A stretch of 64,000 bases of DNA, taken from Pyrinomonadaceae bacterium. GTDB taxonomy: Bacteria; Acidobacteriota; Blastocatellia; Pyrinomonadales; Pyrinomonadaceae. Made by a program: the position numbers and the translations under genes. The stretch spans positions 32,001 to 96,000 of the forward strand of contig JBKBYA010000004.1 of NCBI GenBank assembly GCA_046313635.1, given 5' to 3'. This document shows, in pieces, positions 28,767-39,032 of the stretch. Each line of letters opens with the position of its first letter. The stretch's first letter is position 1. The notes under the pieces were generated by a model, which made no database searches, was not told where the DNA came from, and saw nothing but the letters and a program-made list of their open reading frames with translations.

Positions 28767-30125
28767 CTATTTCAAAAGCCGTGCGTAGTCGAACCGTTTT
28801 GCCGCTTCGATGTCGGTAAAGAGTTCTCTGCGCCTTTGAAAATCTTCATACAGTTTGTCGTAGGTCGCAAGAAGGCGGTCGGTCGAGGCCTCGCGCGTAT
28901 TGGCGCGGGCGGCGGCGAGAGCGTTCGCGATCTTTTTCTCGCGGAGCGAGTCGCTCCCGACGATCTCGCGGACCGCTTCGCTGAAAGCCCGCGCGTCGGG
29001 CTCGACGAGCCATGCGTTGTCGTTTGTCGCGTAACTGAGAATGCCGCCGCTGTTCGGCGCCAGCGTCGGCACGCCGGAGGCCATCGCCTCGAGCGGCGCG
29101 ATGCCAAAGGGCTCGCGCGGGTTTGGATGGACAAAGACGTCGGCATTGGCGTAATAGCCGGCGAGCATTTCTTTGTCGAGGTGCCCGAGCAGGACGATCT
29201 TTCCTTTCGCACGCCGCTCGCCCTGCTCGCGGAGCCATTCGGCCTGCGGCCCGTCGCCGGCGACGACGAGACGGTAGTCGCGCGACGTGTCGGCCGCAAG
29301 TATCTCCATCATCTCGACGAGCAGGCCGATATTCTTTTCGGGCGAGATGCGGCCGGCGTAGAGCAATACGGCCGCGTCCTCGGGAATGCCGGCACGTGAG
29401 ATCATTTCAGCGCGGATCTCGCGCGACCTACGCTCGGGCGAGAACTGGGCCGAATTCACACCGCGAGGCGCGACGTGGATCCGCTCGGCGATGGGCACGC
29501 GCGGCGCGGCGAATCTGCGCCACGCGGCGTTGAAGAGCTTTTTCGACAGCTTTGGATTCAGCCCGAGATCGACGGCGTCGTGAAACTCCTGCGCGGTGTA
29601 GACCGAATTCGCGATGTGATAGTCGAAGACCGGCAGCGTGTAGTTCGCGATGACGCGGCGGGCAAACCACCGGCCGCCGCCGCCGCTCGTCAGGAACGAT
29701 CCGATGTTGTCGTCCATTCGCTCGGCCGAGAAGTGCACAAGCATCGGCCGTCCGAGCTGTTTGAACTTTCCGACGCGTATCATCGCGCCCATCATGCTCA
29801 GCGTGTACTTGTCGGTGACCTCGACGAGGTCGGGCCGCTCGGCGAGCATGATCTCGCGGATCTTTGAGTCGCCCGGCATATACTGCCACGGCATTATGAT
29901 GCGGTAACGCTTGTCGAAGACCGGCGACTGCTTTGCGGGAATGTAGTAGATGCGCGCAAACTCGTTAACGTCCTCGACCGCCTCGGTCTCGCCCGGAACG
30001 ATCAGTCGAACGTACCGGCGATGACGCTCGGCCGCCGCGAGCAGATTGTTGTACGAAGTGCTGATGCCGCCCGAACTCTTGTGATAGTAATTCGTCAGGT
30101 GGACGGAACGTATCGGTTGGCTCAT
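28767..30125 (-). CDS. GT4 glycosyltransferase
   Basis: Start MSQPIRSVHLTNYYHKSSGGISTSY; YAGRISPEKN; EPFGIAPLEAMASG (EX7E). Confidence 0.9.
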   Translation of the reverse strand: MSQPIRSVHLTNYYHKSSGGISTSYNNLLAAAERHRRYVRLIVPGETEAVEDVNEFARIYYIPAKQSPVFDKRYRIIMPWQYMPGDSKIREIMLAERPDLVEVTDKYTLSMMGAMIRVGKFKQLGRPMLVHFSAERMDDNIGSFLTSGGGGRWFARRVIANYTLPVFDYHIANSVYTAQEFHDAVDLGLNPKLSKKLFNAAWRRFAAPRVPIAERIHVAPRGVNSAQFSPERRSREIRAEMISRAGIPEDAAVLLYAGRISPEKNIGLLVEMMEILAADTSRDYRLVVAGDGPQAEWLREQGERRAKGKIVLLGHLDKEMLAGYYANADVFVHPNPREPFGIAPLEAMASGVPTLAPNSGGILSYATNDNAWLVEPDARAFSEAVREIVGSDSLREKKIANALAAARANTREASTDRLLATYDKLYEDFQRRRELFTDIEAAKRFDYARLLK

Positions 30126-30150
30126 AGAGAAAGGGCCGGAACTGCGGCGA

Positions 30151-30792
30151 TCAAAATTCGTCGTCCTCGTCGCCGGCGTCAACGCGGCCTGAGCGCTCGG
30201 CACGGCGGCGCTTTTCGCGGACGGTCCAGACGAGCGGGAACGATATGAACTCGAGCGCGATCCACGGCATTCGCTTAAGGTCTCGCCACAGCGACTGCTT
30301 TGTCTCGTCCTTGACGAGCAGCACGCCGCGCCGCATCGCAAAAAGGTTAAAGACGGCCGAGATGATCGAGATCGCGACCGAGACGAGGATCGCCTTGCCC
30401 TTGCCTCGCGTGCCCGTCAGCGAATCGTAAATGCTCGAGACGACAAATTCGACGACGTGGCTGAACGCCGCGAGCACTAAAGGGATCGTCAAGACCGCGT
30501 GCCATGCCGGCTGCACGCGGCGAAACGCCTGGATGATCGCGCCGTTGACGCCGCCAAAGAGAATGCGAAACGCGGCCTGCGCGAGCATCGCCCCGACGGC
30601 ATCGGCGACGCCGTGCTTCTGAAAAAGGTACGCCCAAAAAAAGATCGGCGCGCGCAGCATCGCGCTCAGCACGGCGGCCTTCCAGTTCCAGCGATAAATG
30701 ACGGCCTCGAGCGGATGGCGGACGAGATGCCCAAAGACGCCCGCTATGCTCGTCTCTGAGGAGGCTGCGATCTCGGCGGCGGTAGCGTTCAT
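30151..30792 (-). CDS. Membrane hypothetical protein, paralog of 32069-32866
   Basis: RWNWKAAVLSAMLRAPIFF...QAFRRVQPAW...FAMRRGVLLV. Confidence 0.8.
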   Translation of the reverse strand: MNATAAEIAASSETSIAGVFGHLVRHPLEAVIYRWNWKAAVLSAMLRAPIFFWAYLFQKHGVADAVGAMLAQAAFRILFGGVNGAIIQAFRRVQPAWHAVLTIPLVLAAFSHVVEFVVSSIYDSLTGTRGKGKAILVSVAISIISAVFNLFAMRRGVLLVKDETKQSLWRDLKRMPWIALEFISFPLVWTVREKRRRAERSGRVDAGDEDDEF

Positions 30793-30795
30793 CGA

Positions 30796-32040
30796 TCAAT
30801 CCTGCGGTGCACCGGCCGCGGTCTCGTCGAGCCGCGCGCCCGCGCGTGACCTGCGCTTGGCACGTTTGGCGTCGAGGAACGTCTTTGCCTCGGCGTACGC
30901 CCGATAGACCGTCTCAAAAACCGAATCCCAGGACCGCGTCGCGGCGAACGCGACCGACGAGCGTTTCATCGCGGCAAGCTTTTCGGGATGGTCCATCAGC
31001 TCGATCGAGTACCGCACAAATTCGTCGATGCTGCGGGCGACAAATCCATTCTCACCGTCGGTGACAAAAAATCGCGGGCCGCCCTTGTCGGTCACCAGGG
31101 CCGGCACGCCGGACGCCATCGCCTCCTGCGGGACGTTGCCGTAGGCGTCGGTCTCGGACGGAAAGACAAAGATGTCCATATTGGCATACGCCTCGGCAAG
31201 TGCCTCGCCTTCGAGATAGCCGGTGAATTCGGCCGTCCTCATCGTCCGCTCGAGGTGCTCGCGCTCGTTGCCCTCGCCGACGATCAGAAATTTGAAATTG
31301 GTGCGGCCCGACTCGAGCAGCCGGCTTTCGAGCTCGGCGAGCATGCGGACGTTCTTTTCGGCGCGCAGACGACCGACAAAGCCCAATCGCACGACGCCGT
31401 CGTTCACCGTTCGCTTCGACGGCGAGAAGACCGTCGTGTCGACGCCGCGGATCATCAGGCTCGCATCGCGTCCGGTGCCGCTCGTCAGGATGTCCATGAT
31501 CTCCTGATTCGGGGCGAGTATGTGCTGCGGCATCTTGTAGTAGTAAACCGCGCCGCGCAGGATGCTGCTCTCGATAAAGCGGGTCAAGCCGCCGAGCGCC
31601 GAGGCCGGCATGAAGCTCAGCGACTTGGCGAGCCGACGCGTCGCAAACTCGTGCAGGTTGGTGTGCCACGAGCCGACCAGCGCGATATCCATCTTCCACG
31701 CGAGGTAGGCGCCGACGATGCTGACGTCGTTGAGACCGGTGATGTGAATGACGTCGGGCCGAAACTCTTCGAGCTGCTCACGTACAAAAGACGCGTGACG
31801 CTGAAACAGCGGGTCAAACCTCAGCGAATGGTCCATCGGGATCGACAGCGGCGAGCGCTTGAGCGAAACGAAGCGGATGCTGCCATCGTCGCGCACCGAC
31901 GTCTCGGGACCGGCATGAACGCAGATCAGCGGCCAGCCGCGCCCGCCCGCGAAGCGGACGAGCCGGTTGCTCGTCATCGCTACGCCGTCGACCTCGAGAA
32001 ATGAATCGGGAAAGAACGCGACCCGTAGTGGAGTGCTCAC
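30796..32040 (-). CDS. GT4 glycosyltransferase (glycolipid synthase-like)
   Basis: RVAFFPDSFLEVDGVAMT, SWHTN, RGVD, FVGRLRAEKN, DAYGNVPQEAMASG. Confidence 0.9.
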   Translation of the reverse strand: MSTPLRVAFFPDSFLEVDGVAMTSNRLVRFAGGRGWPLICVHAGPETSVRDDGSIRFVSLKRSPLSIPMDHSLRFDPLFQRHASFVREQLEEFRPDVIHITGLNDVSIVGAYLAWKMDIALVGSWHTNLHEFATRRLAKSLSFMPASALGGLTRFIESSILRGAVYYYKMPQHILAPNQEIMDILTSGTGRDASLMIRGVDTTVFSPSKRTVNDGVVRLGFVGRLRAEKNVRMLAELESRLLESGRTNFKFLIVGEGNEREHLERTMRTAEFTGYLEGEALAEAYANMDIFVFPSETDAYGNVPQEAMASGVPALVTDKGGPRFFVTDGENGFVARSIDEFVRYSIELMDHPEKLAAMKRSSVAFAATRSWDSVFETVYRAYAEAKTFLDAKRAKRRSRAGARLDETAAGAPQD

Positions 32041-32068
32041 AACTCAACCTTACAACAATTGCCGGCAA

Positions 32069-32866
32069 CTAGCGGAGCGGCCGCCGCAGCGTAAGAGAGA
32101 GGCCCACCGCGATCAGCATCAGAACCATCCCGTCCACGCCCCAGAATCGCAGCAGCTCGATCCTCCGGCCGCCGCCGTACGTCCAAAACACCTTGTTCGT
32201 CACCGCCCAGCCGATCACCTGCGACAACACGCCGAATGCCGCGAGAGAAGCGAGAGTCGCAAAGGCCCGGCGTCGGCGCACCATTCCGGCGATCTCGTCG
32301 GGCACAAAGGCGACGAAATCAAACACCAGCCGAGGCAGTCTGACGATGTCGCTAAGCAGCGAGCGGCTCTCGCGCTCGCCGACGATCAGTACGTTGCGGC
32401 GCATTATGTAGAGCGCAAAGAGCGACGAGAAGAGCGAGACGCAGATCGAACGAACGATGGCGATGTCGGTGTGGTCGTTGGTCGCCGTGACGTGAACGAA
32501 CGTCCACTGTACAAAGTACTCGAGCAGGTGGCTCAAGAGCGGAACGACGAGCAGTATCGACACCATCGCCTTCCACACGGGCTCTACGCGCCTGAACTCC
32601 TGGATTAGAGCGCCCGTCAATCCGGCAAAAAAGAATCGAAACACGAACTGCAGCAGTGCGGCGCCGACGGCGAGCTTCAGGCTCTCGCGGCCGATGAGGT
32701 AGGTGATGAAAAAGATCGGTGCACGCAGCCCGCCGCTGAGAATGGCGCCCTTGTAATTCCAATGCCTGATAAAGAGGCCGGGGTCTCCAAGCAGATTGGC
32801 CCATGCGTCTCGAATGGTGTTGGGCGGGCTGACAGCGGGGATCTCGTCGAAAGTGATTTCCTTCAT
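32069..32866 (-). CDS. Membrane hypothetical protein, paralog of 30151-30792
   Basis: HWNYKGAILSGGLRAPIFF...QEFRRVEPVW...YIMRRNVLIV plus two extra TMs. Confidence 0.8.
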   Translation of the reverse strand: MKEITFDEIPAVSPPNTIRDAWANLLGDPGLFIRHWNYKGAILSGGLRAPIFFITYLIGRESLKLAVGAALLQFVFRFFFAGLTGALIQEFRRVEPVWKAMVSILLVVPLLSHLLEYFVQWTFVHVTATNDHTDIAIVRSICVSLFSSLFALYIMRRNVLIVGERESRSLLSDIVRLPRLVFDFVAFVPDEIAGMVRRRRAFATLASLAAFGVLSQVIGWAVTNKVFWTYGGGRRIELLRFWGVDGMVLMLIAVGLSLTLRRPLR

Positions 32867-32922
32867 TTAACTACGATGCCGGGTGATAAAAGGGCCTTGT
32901 GTCAGATCTGCCGATAAAACTC

Positions 32923-32945
32923 AAAGGCGGGTACGCCCGCCTTTT
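32923..32945. terminator. Hairpin / possible terminator after the PHP gene
   Basis: aaaggcggg-tacg-cccgcctttt. Confidence 0.5.
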
Positions 32946-32978
32946 CGTTCGCAGATCATTGATGTGACGCGAAGCGGG

Positions 32979-34205
32979 TCAGGCCGTTTCAGACGCAAGC
33001 TCGTGGGTGAGATCGCTCACGTCCGGCCGCTCAAATCTGGCCTTTGCGATGTCTCTCGGAACGCGGTCGACCGGCTTTCGCGTCAGCCGAAACACGGGCC
33101 GTGCCGCCGGGCTGCCGAGGACGCCCAGCGTCCAGATCGCCGCTCTCAGCCAGGTCGGTCCGCCGCGCTTCCAACCGTGCGTCGAGAGCGAGACGATCCC
33201 CTTGCCGTCGCCGATGTCAAAGAAAACGCGGTCAAACCAGCGCCGGCGGTGCTCCTCAAATTCCGGATAGTTCTTAAGGATCTGCGCAAACGAATGCAGC
33301 TGCCGCGACGCAAGCGGATACTCGTACTCGGGCATCAGCACCACCTGGCTGCGCTTGTCGACGCGGATCTCCTCGACAAACTCTTCAAAGGTCGCGGCGT
33401 CGGTAAGATTGATGACCGTGTTCGGGCTGCAGCCGTGGCGATCGCCGCCGGTCGCGATCGGAATGCCGAGAGCCTCGGCCATCTCGATCACCGCCTTGTT
33501 CTCCGACCAAGTTCTGAAGCCGTTGATCTCGAATGCGTGGATCCAGCGGCCGTGAAGGCGAATAAAGTCCTTGAGCAGCGCCTCGTGTCGCTCCTGGCCG
33601 ACCATCTCGATGTCCCACAGCGGATGATTGAGTATCACCAGCACCTCGGGCATCTCGTTGAGCATCGCAAATACCTCGGCGAGGCGCTCGTTGTTGTGGT
33701 TCTCCTTGTTAAAGGTGTAGTCGAGCAGCGACCGCGTGATCTCGCCGGCGCGGTCGGGCGGCAGATTATGCACTCCGACGTGAAAAAACCCGAATTCGAA
33801 GGGAACGGTCCACTCCATCGAGATCGGTGCCCGTTCGCCTTTGTTCGCGGCGTTGACCTGCAGATTGGCGTCGATCGCGTCGTGGTCGGTCAGCGAGACG
33901 AGCGGGTTGAGGCCTGCATTCGAGATCTGTTCTTTTTCGATCTCGTAGACCTGATGCGCGTTGAGCGGCGGCGACCAATAAGCCGTCGAAAAATCGATCC
34001 CCTTTCCCTCGCGCGCGAGGTACTTTGCCTGTTCTTTTTTCCAGTAGTAGGAGATTATCGGGAGCTTTTCGGCGTAATGCGGGACAAAGTCCAGCATCTC
34101 TTTTGAATGTTCTGTGTGGCAGTGGAGAGAGACGCCGGTCCTTGCCTTGGCCGACAGATCCTCGTGCCGGCGCAAAATGTGCAGTCGCGTCTGTTCTAAG
34201 TTCAT
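32979..34205 (-). CDS. PHP-family metallo-phosphoesterase-like protein
   Basis: SLHCHT, LTDHD, EW...FHVGV, NHP, GGDRHG metal-ligand motifs in PHP order. Confidence 0.8.
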   Translation of the reverse strand: MNLEQTRLHILRRHEDLSAKARTGVSLHCHTEHSKEMLDFVPHYAEKLPIISYYWKKEQAKYLAREGKGIDFSTAYWSPPLNAHQVYEIEKEQISNAGLNPLVSLTDHDAIDANLQVNAANKGERAPISMEWTVPFEFGFFHVGVHNLPPDRAGEITRSLLDYTFNKENHNNERLAEVFAMLNEMPEVLVILNHPLWDIEMVGQERHEALLKDFIRLHGRWIHAFEINGFRTWSENKAVIEMAEALGIPIATGGDRHGCSPNTVINLTDAATFEEFVEEIRVDKRSQVVLMPEYEYPLASRQLHSFAQILKNYPEFEEHRRRWFDRVFFDIGDGKGIVSLSTHGWKRGGPTWLRAAIWTLGVLGSPAARPVFRLTRKPVDRVPRDIAKARFERPDVSDLTHELASETA

Positions 34206-34481
34206 CTCTGTCTCCAAGATCAGGGCCGAATCAAAGTGAATACGCTATCAAATAGGCATTCGATTGTAAACGCGTAAGATGTCGGCGAATGCCCGGAGTG
34301 TTGCAGCCTTAAATCGGGGATCGCAGCCCCGGGATCGGCGGCGAAAATGATATCACGAAGGCAGCGGCAGCAAGGGCCGAAAGGTTCATAAAAAATATGT
34401 CACAAACACCGGCGACGCGGTGTTTTATCGCATAGAAACGCGGTTAATTCGCATCCACGTCGTAATGATCAGGAGTTCTTT

Positions 34482-36332
34482 ATGAGTTGGTTATATTCCC
34501 TTGTCTTCGCCGGTATGCTCTTTGCGGGCGGGCCCGATCGGCTGCCGTCGGCAGCGGTCACGAATGTCGCTTCGCCTGCGCCGGCGGCCTCGCGCGACGA
34601 GACCGAAAGGATAGAGAGATCGTTTGCGATCAGCCCGAACGGCCGGGTGAGCGTCGCCAACGTGAACGGATCGATAACGGTCAACGCATGGGACCGCAGC
34701 GAGGTCCGGATCGTGGCTATCAAATCGGCCGACACCAAGGAGCGCCTGGCCGACGTAGAGATCAAGATCGACGCCCGGCCCGACCGCGTTGCGATCGAGA
34801 CCGATCACGGCCGCAACGGGCAGGTCTGGCGACAGGCCGATCGTGTCGTGGTCGATTATCAGATCGACGCCCCGCGCGGAGCGGTACTCAACGAGATCGA
34901 GACCGTCAACGGCTCGGTGACGGTGGCCGACTTTACGAATGTCGTCAAGATCTCGACAGTGAACGGTTCGGTCAAGGCGACCAATCTGCGAGGGACCGCG
35001 AGCCTGTCGACCGTGAACGGCGAGGTCGCGGCCGACTTTGACCGTCTCGAGCCGGCGAGCAAGGTCAGCCTCAGCAGCGTCAACGGCCGCGTGAGCCTCA
35101 CCATTCCCTCCGATGCCAATGCGACCGTCAAGGCCGATTCGGTCAACGGTCCGATCAGCAACGATTGGGGGCTGCCCGTCCGCAAAGGTCAGTATGTCGG
35201 TCGCGACCTCTACGGCCGGATCGGGTCGGGAGAGGTCCAGATCAAACTCGACAGCGTCAACGGCCCGCTCGCGATAAAGCGCCGCAGTGACGGGCGTTCG
35301 CTTAGTCCTGCCACCAATCTTCTCAATCAAAAGCCGGCCGATGACTGGGACGACGAGGCGGTCGCGGGCGGCGTCGAGCCAGGCGCGGTCGTCAGCGCGA
35401 GAGAACGCGCAAAGCTGCGGTCCGAAATAAGAAAGGCCCAGGCCGAGGTCAGACGCGAGATGGCCAAGGTCGATCGCGAAGCCCTCAAGCAGGCCGCCGC
35501 CGTGCTTGACGATAAAAAGATCGGCGAGCAGATCAGGGCCGGGCTCGAGCAGCAGCGCGCTGCGCTGGCCGGCGTCCGCGAGGCGATGTTCGCACCGGGC
35601 GTGCCGCGTGTCGTGTCAAAAAGCGGGACGTTTGCCGTCAAGGGAGTGCCGAAGATAACGGTCGAGGCCAAGGGCTGCTCGGTCAGGGTCAGGGGCTGGG
35701 ACAAGCCGGAGGTCAAGTATGCGGTCACACAGTACTCGAGCCGGCCAACCGGCGCGCCGATCAACGTGAGTGACCAGCATTCTGACTCGGCAGTTACGAT
35801 AAAGGTCCTGAATACGGCAGTCGAAAGCCCTCTCGGCGTGGGTCAGAGCGACCTGACAGGCACGCGGGTCGACGTCTTTGTACCGCGGCGGAGCAATCTG
35901 AAGATAAGCTCCGACGGCGAGATCCGTCTTGACGGAGTGACGGGCGACATCGAGGTCGCCGGGACCAACGAAGCGATCAATATCCGCGATTCGGGCGGCA
36001 AGCTGACGCTGTCAAATGTCGACGGCATCGCGAGGGTTGTCGGCTTTACCGGCGATGTCGAGGCCCGCAGCTCGGACGGCGATATCTATCTCGAAGGCGA
36101 TCTTTCGTCGATCGACGCGCGCTCGGGCGACGGTGAGGTGATCCTCACGCTCCCCGAGAGCGCGAATCTAACCATCACTTCAAATACCGAAGTGCGGAGC
36201 GAAGGCCTACGGCTCGTCCGCAGGGAAGATGCCGCATGGCAGCTCGGCACCGGCGTCGGTCCAAAGTACAGATTCAATTTTAGCGAGGGCAGACTTGTCG
36301 TCAGAGGACTCGGACTGCTAGCGTCTAATTAG
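34482..36332 (+). CDS. DUF4097 beta-strand-repeat (putative adhesin) protein with two repeat domains
   Basis: Repeated TVNGSV/SVNGRV/SVNGPI units, coiled-coil linker, second SSDGEI/SGDGEV domain. Confidence 0.88.
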   Translation: MSWLYSLVFAGMLFAGGPDRLPSAAVTNVASPAPAASRDETERIERSFAISPNGRVSVANVNGSITVNAWDRSEVRIVAIKSADTKERLADVEIKIDARPDRVAIETDHGRNGQVWRQADRVVVDYQIDAPRGAVLNEIETVNGSVTVADFTNVVKISTVNGSVKATNLRGTASLSTVNGEVAADFDRLEPASKVSLSSVNGRVSLTIPSDANATVKADSVNGPISNDWGLPVRKGQYVGRDLYGRIGSGEVQIKLDSVNGPLAIKRRSDGRSLSPATNLLNQKPADDWDDEAVAGGVEPGAVVSARERAKLRSEIRKAQAEVRREMAKVDREALKQAAAVLDDKKIGEQIRAGLEQQRAALAGVREAMFAPGVPRVVSKSGTFAVKGVPKITVEAKGCSVRVRGWDKPEVKYAVTQYSSRPTGAPINVSDQHSDSAVTIKVLNTAVESPLGVGQSDLTGTRVDVFVPRRSNLKISSDGEIRLDGVTGDIEVAGTNEAINIRDSGGKLTLSNVDGIARVVGFTGDVEARSSDGDIYLEGDLSSIDARSGDGEVILTLPESANLTITSNTEVRSEGLRLVRREDAAWQLGTGVGPKYRFNFSEGRLVVRGLGLLASN

Positions 36333-36340
36333 TCGCACGG

Positions 36341-36376
36341 GACGGCGGGGTGTAGATATCGCCCCGCCGTCTTTTT
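36341..36376 (+). terminator. Intrinsic terminator
   Basis: gacggcgggg/ccccgccgtc stem plus T5. Confidence 0.85.
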
Positions 36377-36377
36377 G

Positions 36378-36403
36378 TGAAACTTTGTGGCATTTCTCTC
36401 GTT
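36378..36403 (+). promoter_or_regulatory. Candidate SigW-type ECF promoter
   Basis: TGAAAC-N16-CGTT about 40 nt before ATG 36443. Confidence 0.45.
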
Positions 36404-36442
36404 CTTGTCACAGCGATCGGAACCCCTATTCATGCGTGAAAT

Positions 36443-39001
36443 ATGAAGCTGTTATTCAAATTCCTTGCACTAATACTGCTCTGCCTGCCGGCATCGGCTC
36501 AGACCGCCGGACCAAACCGCGATACGGTCGATGAAAGATCGCCGTCAAATTCAGGGCTTGTCGAAACCAAGACCGCCGGCGACGGCGAGCGACGCGGAAG
36601 CGTCGTCGTTCCCCCTGAAAAGGCAAGACCGATCTCGATCCCGAAGTTGTCGATGCCGATCACGATCGACGGTCGTCCCGATGAGGAGGTTTGGAAGCAG
36701 GCGGCCGTCTTCAAAGATTTTTACCAGACCAGTCCGGGCGACAACATCGCCGCCTCAAAGCCGACCGAGGTCTATATGATGTACGACGAAAAGCACCTGT
36801 ACATCGCCTTCAAGTGCTGGGACGAAAAAGATAAGATCCGCGCCACGATCGCCAAGCGCGACGACGTCTTTGGCGAGGACAACGTTCGCATCTGGCTCGA
36901 CACCTACAACGACCGGCGACGCGCCTACATTCTGGGCTTCAATCCGCTCGGCATTCAGCAGGACGGCATCTTTACCGAAGGCCGCGGCGCCGATTTCTCG
37001 GTCGACATCGTGATGGAATCAAAGGGCGTGATCGAGGATTGGGGCTGGTCGGTCGAGGTCAAGATACCGTTCAAGTCGCTTCGCTACGCCGCGGGAAAAG
37101 GAAAGTTTTGGGGCTTTAACGCGGCACGGAATATCGATCGGCTGAACGACGAATTTGACCAGTGGATGCCCGACGATCGAAACGTTTCAGGCTTTTTGAT
37201 CAAGCACGGGAGGATCACCGGTCTCGACGAGATCAAGTACGAGCGCACGCTCGAGGTCGTGCCGAGCGTCACGCTGCGCGAGACCGGCAGGCGATTTCGT
37301 GCGCGAGAGGTGGCCGGCGGCCGCTTCGTCAATCAGCCGATCAAGCAGGACATCGGCGTCTCTGTGAAGTACACGCTCTCGCCGAACGTCACGTTGGACG
37401 CGACGTACAATCCGGATTTTGCGGAGATCGAGGCCGACGCTCCGGTCGTCACGGCCAACCAGCGCTTTCCGATCTTTTTTGAAGAGAAGCGTCCGTTCTT
37501 TCTCGAGGGCGTCGAGATCTTTCAGTCGCCGCTCCAGGTCTTTTACTCGCGGACGATCGTCGACCCCGAGTTTGCGGCGAAGCTGACCGGCAAGACCGGC
37601 AAGACGTCGTTCGGCTTTCTCGTCGCGTCGGACAAGGCTCCCGGCAATTACGAGGACGACGACATCAACGATCCACAGCGATTTGCGCGCGTCGGCGAAT
37701 TTGTCGACAAGAGCGCGCTCTTCGGCGTGCTCAGGCTCAAACGCGACATCGGCAAAGAGAACAACGTCGGATTTTTTGCGACGTACCGCGGCTTTCCCGA
37801 GCAGCGCAATCTGCTCGGCGGCTTCGACGGGCGATTCAAGATAAACAGCAAAACGGTCTTCCAGTTTCAGGCCGTAGCGTCAAACTCGCGCCGATGCTTC
37901 TTTGATCCGGCGTTCGAGCCTTCGCTCGATCCCGCGCAGCAGCGGCGCAATCAGGAGATCTGCGGCGGCGGCTACAACGGCGGCATCTTTTTGCCGGGCA
38001 GCAGCTACCAGCGTTATCGAACGGGCAACGGCGTCGCGTACTTTGCAAACTGGGACTATACCGAGGAGACCAAGGGGTGGACCGTCGAGATCGGCGGACG
38101 ATCGCGGGACTATCGTTCGGACGCCGGATTTACACGGCAGACAAACACTAATTACGTCTTCGGCGGCTTCCGCCTGAGCACGAAAACCAAGCCCAAGGCT
38201 CCGATCATTCGAGCGAGCTGGTTTAACAACGCCAGCATCAATTACGACTGGCAGGGCCGCTCGCAGGGGCTTGAATGGGGAACGAATCTCAACCTGAGTT
38301 TCCAAAATAACGCGTCTCTCAACATCAACGCCGGCATCGCCTACCAGCGGGTCTTTGAGGAGGAATTCGGTCTCAAGCGAATGCCGACCCGGCCCGCCTC
38401 CGGCGCGTTTTACGGTAATTCGGAGCGAACGGCATATCCGGCCTGGATGAGCGCGAGCTTTAATAAGCAGGTTAACAAAAAGGTGCGGTTCAACGTCTTC
38501 GTCGGAACGATCTTTAACAATATGGACTTCGATTTTGGCGCCGGTCGCGCTTTTCCGCGGGTCAGCCCCGCGGCGCTCGCGGGCGCGTCCCAACTCGATC
38601 CAGGCCCGGCACAACAGTACGATTTCGGCGTCGGCGCGGAATACAAGCCCATCAATCCACTGCGGATATCGTTCAGCTACAGAAAGAGCCGGCTCGTGCG
38701 GGACGACACAAAGCTCGAGGCGTTTGACTCAAACATCGCCACGCTGAAGTCGACGTATCAGTTTACGCGGTTCTTATTCACTCGCGTGCGGCTCGACTAC
38801 GATTCGATCTCGTCGAACGTGAAGGGGCAATACCTTTTTGGCTGGAACCCGAATCCGGGCACGGCGTTCTACGTCGGCTACAACGACGACTTTAACTACA
38901 ACGGCTTTAACCCGTTCACGTCCGAACGCGAGCCGCGGTACGCTCTCAACAGCCGCACCTTCTTTATCCGAGCGTCGTATCTTTTCCGCAAGAGCCTTTG
39001 A
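36443..39001 (+). CDS. CBM9-like plus DUF5916 outer-membrane protein
   Basis: IDGRPDEEVW, YDEKHLYIAF, WSVEVKIPFKSLRY, NPDFAEIEAD, EKRPFFLEG, YSRTI; C-terminal FFIRASYLF. Confidence 0.88.
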   Translation: MKLLFKFLALILLCLPASAQTAGPNRDTVDERSPSNSGLVETKTAGDGERRGSVVVPPEKARPISIPKLSMPITIDGRPDEEVWKQAAVFKDFYQTSPGDNIAASKPTEVYMMYDEKHLYIAFKCWDEKDKIRATIAKRDDVFGEDNVRIWLDTYNDRRRAYILGFNPLGIQQDGIFTEGRGADFSVDIVMESKGVIEDWGWSVEVKIPFKSLRYAAGKGKFWGFNAARNIDRLNDEFDQWMPDDRNVSGFLIKHGRITGLDEIKYERTLEVVPSVTLRETGRRFRAREVAGGRFVNQPIKQDIGVSVKYTLSPNVTLDATYNPDFAEIEADAPVVTANQRFPIFFEEKRPFFLEGVEIFQSPLQVFYSRTIVDPEFAAKLTGKTGKTSFGFLVASDKAPGNYEDDDINDPQRFARVGEFVDKSALFGVLRLKRDIGKENNVGFFATYRGFPEQRNLLGGFDGRFKINSKTVFQFQAVASNSRRCFFDPAFEPSLDPAQQRRNQEICGGGYNGGIFLPGSSYQRYRTGNGVAYFANWDYTEETKGWTVEIGGRSRDYRSDAGFTRQTNTNYVFGGFRLSTKTKPKAPIIRASWFNNASINYDWQGRSQGLEWGTNLNLSFQNNASLNINAGIAYQRVFEEEFGLKRMPTRPASGAFYGNSERTAYPAWMSASFNKQVNKKVRFNVFVGTIFNNMDFDFGAGRAFPRVSPAALAGASQLDPGPAQQYDFGVGAEYKPINPLRISFSYRKSRLVRDDTKLEAFDSNIATLKSTYQFTRFLFTRVRLDYDSISSNVKGQYLFGWNPNPGTAFYVGYNDDFNYNGFNPFTSEREPRYALNSRTFFIRASYLFRKSL

Positions 39002-39032
39002 TCCGACTCTTTTGATGCTCCTCCTTGCTGAC

